Of a DNA stretch of 64,000 nucleotides, positions 55,100-64,000 are shown one piece after another. The stretch covers positions 20,584,001-20,648,000 of the forward strand of contig NC_047019.1 in the NCBI RefSeq assembly GCF_902652985.1, given 5' to 3'. The notes beneath the pieces were generated by a model, which was not told the DNA's origin, searched no databases, and saw nothing but the letters and a program-made list of their open reading frames with translations. The DNA comes from Pecten maximus. Its lineage: Eukaryota. Position numbers and translations under genes: made by a program. Position 1 is the stretch's first letter, and every line of letters starts with the position of its first letter.

Positions 55100-56000
55100 A
55101 ACATAATCAACCTTCTCCCTTATTTCATGACCAACAGCCATTATTTACCTTCTTCCCTCACAATCAAACATTTTTCTTCCACAAATGATCTTTTCCCCCT
55201 GTGACCGACCTTCTCCCCTCATGGTCAATCATTTCCTTTCTCCCCTCAAAGCCATTCATTTCTTTCTCACTCACAGCCATTCATTTCCTTCTGCAATTGT
55301 TTTTCCCCTCCATTGCTGACCTTTTATCACTTCATGACCAACCATTTCTTTCCACAACCAAAGTTTTTTTTTCTCAATGACCAACCTCCCTCTCACAACC
55401 AAATCATTTCCTTCCACATCTGACCTTTACCCTCCATGAACAACCTTTCCCCTCATAACCAGCTATTTCCTTCTACAACTGACCTTTACCCTCCATGAAC
55501 AACCTTTCCCTTCATAACCCGCTATTTCCTTCCACAACTGACCTTTCCCCTCCATGAACAACCTTTCCCCTCATAACCAGCATTTCCTTTCTACAACTGA
55601 CCATTACCATCCAACCTTTCCCCTCATAACCCGCTATTTCCTTCTACAACTGACCTTTCCCCTCCATGAACAACCTTTCCCTTCATAACCCGCTATTTCC
55701 TTCCACAACTGACCTTTACCCTCCATGAACAACCTTTCCCTTCATAACCCGCTATTTCCTTCCACAACTGACCTTTACCCTCCATGAACAACCTTTCCCT
55801 TCATAACCCGCTATATCCTTCCACATCTGACCTTTTCCCCTCACGACCAACCATTAACTTCCACGACTGACCTTTACGCTCCATGAACAACTTTTCCCCC
55901 TCACAGCCGACCATTTCCTTTTTCCCTTTCAACAAACCATTTCCTTCCACGACAGATCTTCTCCCCTCACAGCAAACAATTTCCTTTCTCCCCTCATGTC
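55100..56000. repeat. Pyrimidine-rich minisatellite with a core unit of about 59 bp (55420-55870) and degenerate flanks
   Basis: ctgacctttaccctccatgaacaacctttcccttcataacccgctatttccttccacaa is repeated. Confidence 0.88.
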
Positions 56001-59000
56001 CTCTTTGCACACAACTTTAACATAACTTCACCAAAAACTCATTAGAGTTAAATCACATAATTGACACTGCAATTTTTTGCACATCAACAGCAAGCCAAAT
56101 TTTCAATCACAGTTTCCTCATTTCCATAAACCTGAAGTGGGAAAGAAAACAAAACCTTTGAAGCAAATAGGAAAATGATTTTAGGAAAATGAAGATATAC
56201 CTTAGTTGCGTGATAATTTTGGAAACATGAGTGATGCACTGATGGCATATCACAGGTCTCTACGACCCAGAAGTTATGATAGTGTACGCAGGCTTTGTCC
56301 ATACACTTGTTGTTTGGCACCAAGTAGTGCAGTGTAATGACAAATTTACGTCAATTTAAAAAGTAATCAATTATCAGAAGATTTCACAAAATATTAGCAT
56401 TGTACCATAACAACCGTGGAGAAATAGTTACAGCTGTATCCAAGCTTAATACAATGATGGAAATCCGGCACAATGTCACAGATTGTAGAGATCTGGAAAT
56501 TTGACATTTCCATTGGTAAGACCCGATCATGGTGTATTAACTGATCAGAAGAAATATCATTCTTCTGTCTTACAAGTCAGGAAATAATCAACTGATCTAA
56601 AGAAATATTATTCTTCTGATTTGTAAGACAGCAGATAATTACTCATGAAGATGTTTCTAAGCAGAATATTGAAACCTTGAAAGTTCTGAAGGGAAGGAAA
56701 ATAAATGAAAATAAACAAACGTGATAAATAATGCAGAGTGAGTCTGTAAAAGGACCCCCTACAGCAGTACAGTCATTTTCTAGGAAAATTGGCAAGGTAT
56801 TTTGAAACAACTTCGTAAAATCCTTTGGGAGCATACTTGTATAGCCTCAGTGTAAATTTAATCAGTCAGAATACTGTATGTACTACAGACTCATAGGCTA
56901 GTAGCATTTATTGGGACAGTCTGTCCTAAAATACCTGTTACGTTTACTGTCCCTCAATATTAAGGCAGGTCGTACCATCAAGTTTAGCTAGGTTTTTACC
57001 AGTATCATATCTGGCCCTCATTGACTCAAATTGTTATTATACAAAAATCCAGTCATTATCATATCACTCATTTAGTGCCTGTACCTATATAAAACACATT
57101 ACACGGCAAACATTTTTCAAGAAAAAAATAAAAACATTTACCAAAGTACTGTACCAATGTTATCATTGAGGAATTAATGCACACCATCAAATTGAAGCTG
57201 AAAGATGAATTCTGTGACAGGGGGAGTAACTCTAAACATGTTTTTGATTAATACTTCAAGCAGATATAAGCTCAAAAAAACTTTTGTGTGTGAGTATAAC
57301 TGGTGTATATACTCTTAAGTGATATCCATGCTGGGGAAGGCTGAAGGGGTTTCAAATATCGGAGATGTTTGGTTTAAACAAAGATTATGTCTCTAATTTC
57401 AGAAAGGTTAATCAAAATGTCCTCGGATTCTATCCTAGTAGTGGAGCTGGTCTTTTTTTTTTATTAGACAACTCTAGTAAATCTTTTTCCTTCATATATA
57501 TATATCTATTTGGTATAGTAAATTAGAAAGCAACTAATACACGTGAAAAAAAGAAATCTAACAGAATTAGAATTCTTCCTTTTTGGGAGAGACATATGAT
57601 AGAGATAAAATAGAATACTCGATCGGAGATCTACTTCAGAACTTCTGCAAACAATTCATCTAAACATAGGCATGAACCATCCATAATCCTACACATTGTT
57701 TATTGAGTTGATGGATTAGGGTAAAAAGATAAATTGACTATATTAAGAAAACATTTCATCACGCTAGTTTGTCTGCGCAACAATATTTAACACTGAGCAT
57801 AAAAATGGGCAGGAAAACAATGTAATTGAACTGATAGGAAGAGATGATAGACAGAAATGAAGTAAGTATGAATACCCTTACAAAGCTCAGTAAATGGTAT
57901 GAATTATCTCCCCTGTTGCTAGCCTCCTCAGCCAAGTACCACCACCCCTTAAGTCAACATTGCTCCAGCAATCTCCCAACACTCTTTAACAATTATTGAC
58001 AGAAAAACAGTTCCTATTTGACTTTTGTGTTTGCTACTTCTAATATAGAACAGCCTTTACTGCTATAAACATGACAAGGGTATATTTTATGTTGTCTAAC
58101 TAAACATTAATTCACCAGTATGTCCCAGTACCATTATCCAATTTCTTTCTCAGTCAGTATGTTCTCATTCATATAAATAACTAGATGCCATAGTAACCCT
58201 AATTTTTTTGGCCAATTTTCATTGAGACTTCAAACATGCTATTTTAAATGTCGGTGGAAAAATTAATCCCATTAATCAAACTGTGATTTTTCATTGCAAA
58301 AGAAACAGATGTTCCAACAGGTTGACAAATGGATCTGGGACTGACGGGAAGTATCAGAATTTTTCCCTCGGGCAGAGTATGTTAAAACCAGATAGCTATA
58401 ATATAAATTACACCTAAATAATTGCTGAATTGCCAAGGCCAAATAAACTCAATCATTGCATCAAGTAATAATGTATTAAGAAAGAAAATCATTTAAATTG
58501 ATAGAGGTCAAAAGCTTGAAACTGCTTCAAGAAGACTTAAAAAGAGAGACAATTAAAGGTCAGAATATACTTCAACAGGGAATATCTACCAGGGTGGAAC
58601 AAATAAAATATAAAATATTTCACATTTGAATGGATATAGAATTAAGGTAGACAATAGATTTTAAATCATAAAAGACAATTACATGTATTGCGAGTGTATA
58701 TCCATGAGTACAGATCAAGATTTTACAATGAACAACTTAAAAATATCCAGGTACTATGTCAAGGTCACAGCACTGACCTTTAGTCATACACTAATCCTTC
58801 TAATTGTCATAGAAAAGGGCAAACCTATATATTATAGCGAGTCAGTTTGTACAGCTCTTAAGTATTTTTTTCTGTACAGTCAATAATCACAATTCTAAAC
58901 TGTACCGACAAAATTAAGTATGCCTGAACAATTCTAGACCTTTGATCACAGCATTTTCATTCATATATTCAGTCTTAGTTTGATTTTTTTTTTAAATATT

Positions 59001-59178
59001 CATAGGCAACCCCCCCCCCCCCCCCCCCCACCCCTAAACCACCAAAAAACCCAACAAAACAAAACAAAAAAGAGAGATCATAATGATTAATTACTTGAGT
59101 CAATTGATGTCCATATAAAGCTCCTATTAGCAAATTTAAGGATAAAGATATCATATATCAATAGTTAGATAGGTTTAC

Positions 59179-59307
59179 CTGAAAGTACACGTGTCGTTTG
59201 GTGCGGTCTGCACCCCTACTGTTACACCTGTTAGGAGAGTTCCTTCGCACAAGCCTGGGGGTGAGCAGAGCACACATGTCCAGATTGGAGAGTGCCGATG
59301 GTTCCAT
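59179..59307 (-). CDS. DMD: Candidate alternative first coding exon of a short Dp116-like dystrophin isoform (43 aa, phase 0, joining the exon-56 equivalent)
   Basis: Start context tccATGG with an in-frame TGA upstream. Open frame MEPSALSNLDMCALLTPRLVRRNSPNRCNSRGADRTKRHVYFQ ends exactly at donor CAG|gtaaac in phase 0. Lies in a locally GC/CpG-rich patch of an AT-rich intron. Confidence 0.65.
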
Positions 59308-59800
59308 GGATGTATATATCCCCACTTTGTGTCACCGTAGTAACGACCTATAAACAACCTATATCGCACTGCCACTGTCACCTTGGTAACGGCCTACTTC
59401 ACACTTAAAGGACATTTTTACTCCTGATACATCTTCATCTGTGACACCGATAAAAACTGCACGTATATAAAATACACCAGTCCTCTGATACCGACAACAT
59501 ACTGACGTATAAACACATTTGTGTGCACAGAGGAGATTTCATTACATGCCGATTATCTGAGAGATCTGAGGGATGACTATCCAAGAGACCGGCTACGCAG
59601 GAGAGTACACAAACTTGTCACTAACCCCGAGTGACTGGTGTCGGAATCCATACCTGCCGTTTTCCCCCCCAGTCAATTCAACGTCCTTAGCACTCACTCT
59701 CCCACTCATATGCTGAACAGCTATTCAATAAAACAGAAGACCAATATAAAAACCATGACAATCTAGTACTGCGGTTTGTGTCCCTGCTGCAGGCCTTAGT
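59308..59800 (-). promoter_or_regulatory. Putative 5' UTR or internal promoter region for the exon at 59307
   Basis: Non-repetitive, CpG-retaining and more GC-rich than the flanks. Contains an additional donor-like CAG|gtatgg at 59654 that could close a non-coding exon. Confidence 0.3.
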
Positions 59801-60285
59801 GCTAACACACAACTGTAGTAGTCTGTACCTCTCCTCAATTAACTCTCCACCACTCAAATGTCCACAGCTTTTCTTATTAATTCCCCAATGTACGTCTTCT
59901 CTTTAAATGAACAGCCATTCTCATGTTGGCGTTTCTCTTATTTATAAGCTGACCTGTGAAGACGGTCTAATAAACTTCACCATGGTTACCTGTCGTGCTC
60001 TGTCCATTAGTTTCGTCCATTATTCCTGATAAGGACATTTCCTGACTCTTGATTCATAGGAAGCTAAGCAGAATTCCTACATCCTTACAATAGTGTAAAT
60101 TACAGTTTTTACCTTCTCCACTTCTAATGACTCTCAAACTTTTAAAGTGGATGATTGGACCAAAATCGGATTGACTACAGGTATGTTACAAATTAAAATC
60201 CCTGCAGGCGCAAAACCTCGCCGGAAGACATCATCGCATCAGAAAAGAATAGTGAAGCCACTAATTAATTAGAATCGTACACTCA

Positions 60286-61541
60286 TTTACTGTAACTACA
60301 GACACACCAGTGTACGAAGACTCTGTAGACCAGTTACTATAGTGATTTTACTGTAACTAAAGACACACCAGTGTACGATGACTCTGTAGACCAGTTACTA
60401 GTGATTTTACTGTAACTAAAGACACACCAGTGTATGATGACTCTGTAGACCAGTTACTATAGTGATTTTACTGTAACTAAAGACACACCAGTGTACGATG
60501 ACTCTGTAGACCAGTTACTATAGTGATTTTACTGTAACTACAGACACACCAGTGTACGATGACTCTGTAGACCAGTTACTAGTGATTTTACTGTAACTAA
60601 AGACACACCAGTGTACGATGACTCTGTATACCAGTTACTAGTGATTTTACTGTAACTAAAGACACACCCTTGTACGATGACTCTGTAGACTAGTTACTAT
60701 AGTGATTTTACTGTAACAAGTTAAGACACACCAGTGTATGATGACTCTGTAGACAAGTTACTATAGTGATTTTACTGTAACTAAAGACACACCAGTGTAC
60801 GATGACTCTGTAGACCAGTTACTAGTGATTTTACTGTAACTACATGCAGACACACCAGTGTATGATGACTCTGTAGACCAGTTACTATAGTGATTTTACT
60901 GTAACTACAGACACACCAGTGTACGATGACTTTGTAGACAGGTTACTAGTGATTTTACTGTAACTAAAAACACACCAGTGTACGATGACTCTGTAGACCA
61001 GTTACTAGTGATTTTACTGTAACTACAGACACACCAGTGTACGATGACTCTGTGGACCAGTTACTAGTGATTTTACTGTAACTACAGACACACCAGTGTA
61101 CGATGACTCTGTATACCAGTTACTAGTGATTTTACTGTAACTACATGCAGACACACCAGTGTACGATGACTCTGTAGATCAGTTACTAGTGATTTTACTA
61201 TAACTACAGACACACCAGTGTACGATGACTCTGTAGACCAGTTACTAGTGATTTTACTGTAACTACAGACACACCAGTGTACGATGACTCTGTAGACCAG
61301 TTACTAGTGATTTTACTGTAACTACAGACACACCAGTGTACGATGACTCTGTAGACCAGTTACTAGTGATTTTACTGTAACTACAGACACACCAGTGTAC
61401 GATGACTCTGTATACCAGTTACTATAGTGATTTTACTGTAACTATACAGACACACCAGACTCTGTAGACTAGTTACTATAGTGATTTTACTGTAACTAAA
61501 GACACACCAGCGTACGATGACTCTGTAGACCAGTTACTAGT
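60286..61541. repeat. 59-61 bp minisatellite (ttttactgtaactacagacacaccagtgtacgatgactctgtagaccagttactagtga), about 21 copies
   Basis: Direct tandem units. Confidence 0.97.
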
Positions 61542-62721
61542 TATTACGCTGTTTATGCCTATGAATGAAAAAAAGCAATTACAGATTCACTCAATTGAGC
61601 ATTTTCAATTCAAATGATTGAGATAAGATCTCCACCGGAAGGTAAGATACTGCTGTAGTGAACTCGACAGGACTATAATTACATCCCATGTATACATCAG
61701 AGAATAGTGCCTGTCCAACTATACAGGGCAATCTGTACTTTAATAATGGAATCTGTATCTAAATTGATTTTAATTTTAATATTACTGAAACCATAGAAAT
61801 TAAAAACCAATTAAGGCTTTGTATCAGTTTTAACAGGTAAACCTGTATCAGAGTGTCAAAGAGACCAGACAATATCTGTTAAATTGGTTTCTTAATTGAG
61901 ATCAAATTAATGTATCACAAAGGAAAATTCAAACTAATGTAACTTAATTTTGAATTACAAAATTACGTAAGATACAAAACAGTTTACAGTGATTTGCCCT
62001 TGGAAAGTTAGAAGTCAAGATCTACACAGGAAAACACAACTTCCAGATAATGTACTTTTTACTGGTTTAGTTACTTTAATTGTATATCATCTCATAGAAA
62101 TATTCGTAAATCCAGGGATGTGTACTTATATACGCGAGGAATCAGTAATGACTATGACAGTGTATTTACTGGAGCTGACGTACTCCCACCCTACTGGTGC
62201 TGACGTACACCGGACATACGATGATCAATCACTATTACAACGGTCAATACTATCCATCCTGCCATCAAGGCACATCTATTCCTCAAATTGTTTGTTTCCC
62301 TTAACAACGGGACAATCAGCCAATCATGACCTCCACCCAATCTACACTCCCTAACAACTATTTCTGTCAGCTAGAGTCTGTGAGGGCCTTATAAGTTCAT
62401 ATATGTCTCAAACAGTTGGAAAAAAATCCTAATTTACTCTTTTTTACATTCACAACAAATAAATTGTACCATGGTATGAGTTTTCTTTCTTTTTTTTCTT
62501 TTTGTAAAAGAAGTTAGGAATTTGAACAAACACAAAATGTTGGAAATTTCTATTGAGATCTAGATACTACAGTATGTGCTGTGTGTTGAAGCTTACAGAC
62601 TATTGTGGAATATCACAGTGTTTGTAGGATCATATTTCAATCATAATATAATAACTTTACAAAACTGCAAGGAAAGCATATTACAGATGATTCTAAATAA
62701 GTCTCTGGGAACTTGTGTAAT

Positions 62722-64000
62722 ATATGGTATAAGGTAAGTGGTTCAGAGTGGAGTCTAATTTAGGGAAGGGTCACTACAAACTTGTGTTATCTATGTGGTA
62801 TACAGTATGTAGTTCAGAGTGGAGTCTACATTAGGGAAGTGTCTCTACAAACTGTAATCTATGTGGTATACAGTAAGTAGTTCAGAGTGGAGTCTAATTT
62901 AGGGAAGGGTCTCTACAAACTTGTGTTATCTATGTGGTATACAGTAAGTGGTTCAGAGTGGAGTCTAATTTAGGGAAGGGTCTCTACAAACAGTAATCTA
63001 TGTGGTATACAGTAAGTAGTTCAGAGTGGAGTCTAATTTAGGGAAGGGTCTCTACAAACAGTAATCTATGTGGTATACAGTAAGTGGTTCAGAGTGGAGT
63101 CTACATTAGGGAAGGGTCTCTACAAACAGTAATCTATGTGGTATACAGTAAGTAGTTCAGAGTGGAGTCTAATTTAGGGAAGGGTCTCTACAAACTTGTG
63201 TTATCTATGTGGTATACAGTAAGTAGTTCAGAGTGGAGTCTAATTTAGGGAAGGGTCTCTACAAACTTGTGTTATCTATGTGGTATACAGTAAGTAGTTC
63301 AGAGTGGAGTCTAATTTAGGGAAGGGTCTCTACAAACAGTAATCTATGTGGTATACAGTAAGTGGTTCAGAGTGGAGTCTAATTTAGGGAAGTGTCTCTA
63401 CAAACTTGTGTTATCTATGTGGTATACAGTAAGTGGTTCAGAGTGGAGTCTAATTTAGGGAAGGGTCTCTACAAACTTGTGTTATCTATGTGGTATACAG
63501 TAAGTAGTTCAGAGTGGAGTCTAATTTAGGGAAGGGTCTCTACAAACTGTTATCTATGTGGTATACAGTAAGTGGTTCAGAGTGGAGTCTAATTTAGGGA
63601 AGTGTCTCTACAAACTTGTGTTATCTATGTGGTATACAGTATGTAGTTCAGAGTGGAGTCTAATTTAGGGAAGGGTCTCTACAAACTTGTGTTATCTATG
63701 TGGTATACAGTAAGTAGTTCAGAGTGGAGTCTAATTTAGGGAAGGGTCTCTACAAACTTGTGTTATCTATGTGGTATACAGTAAGTAGTTCAGAGTGGAG
63801 TCTAATTTAGGGAAGTGTCTCTACAAACTGTAATCTATGTGGTATACAGTAAGTAGTTCAGAGTGGAGTCTAATTTAGGGAAGGGTCTCTACAAACTGTA
63901 ATCTATGTGGTATACAGTAAGTAGTTCAGAGTGGAGTCTAATTTAGGGAAGGGTCTCTACAAACTGTTATCTATGTGGTATACAGTAAGTGGTTCAGAGT
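62722..64000. repeat. 67-71 bp minisatellite (ggtatacagtaagtagttcagagtggagtctaatttagggaagggtctctacaaacttgtgttatctatgt) running off the window end
   Basis: Direct tandem units with long and short variants. Confidence 0.97.

Larger units (their letters stand above)
14597..64000 (-). other. DMD: Very large dystrophin intron (>49 kb, extending beyond the window) upstream of the exon-56 equivalent
   Basis: No spectrin-repeat exon resembling exon 55 was recognised in this interval. The exon at 14596 begins with an acceptor rather than an ATG. Confidence 0.75.

Noticed and set aside
59990-60038. Donor CAG|gtaacc preceded by short ORFs (MDRARQ in phase 0, MSLSGIMDETNGQSTT in phase 1)
   Set aside because: One ORF is very short and the other is in the wrong phase. 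It might be a UTR exon, but the sequence alone does not support this.
61989-62354. 121-aa plus-strand ORF and nearby minus-strand ATGs
   Set aside because: No recognisable protein, and the minus-strand frames either stop or end in the wrong phase.

Overview
This is AT-rich eukaryotic DNA, probably from an invertebrate; the repeat types suggest a bivalve mollusc, which is an inference. The window appears to lie within a minus-strand dystrophin (DMD/utrophin-family) gene. Nine coding exons between 14596 and 240 splice into one continuous frame with GT-AG sites and matching phases. They correspond to human DMD exons 56-64 and encode the last spectrin repeats, the WW domain and the start of the EF-hand region. 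No exon-55 equivalent is visible, so 14597-64000 appears to be one intron of more than 49 kb, filled with minisatellites, SINEs and MITEs. The most interesting signal is a set of candidate alternative first exons located in the three long introns. These are 59307-59179 (43 aa, phase 0 into exon 56), 11383-11217 (55 aa, phase 2 into exon 57) and 5827-5788 / 5679-5676 (phase 1 into the WW exon). They would give Dp116-like and Dp71-like short isoforms. The two best-supported N-termini are unrelated in sequence, yet both end at the splice junction in a basic RVxF/W PP1-docking-type motif (KRHVYF and KKRVHW). Most long ORFs in the supplied track are tandem-repeat artefacts. Human exon sizes and sequences quoted below are from recall and were not checked against a database.
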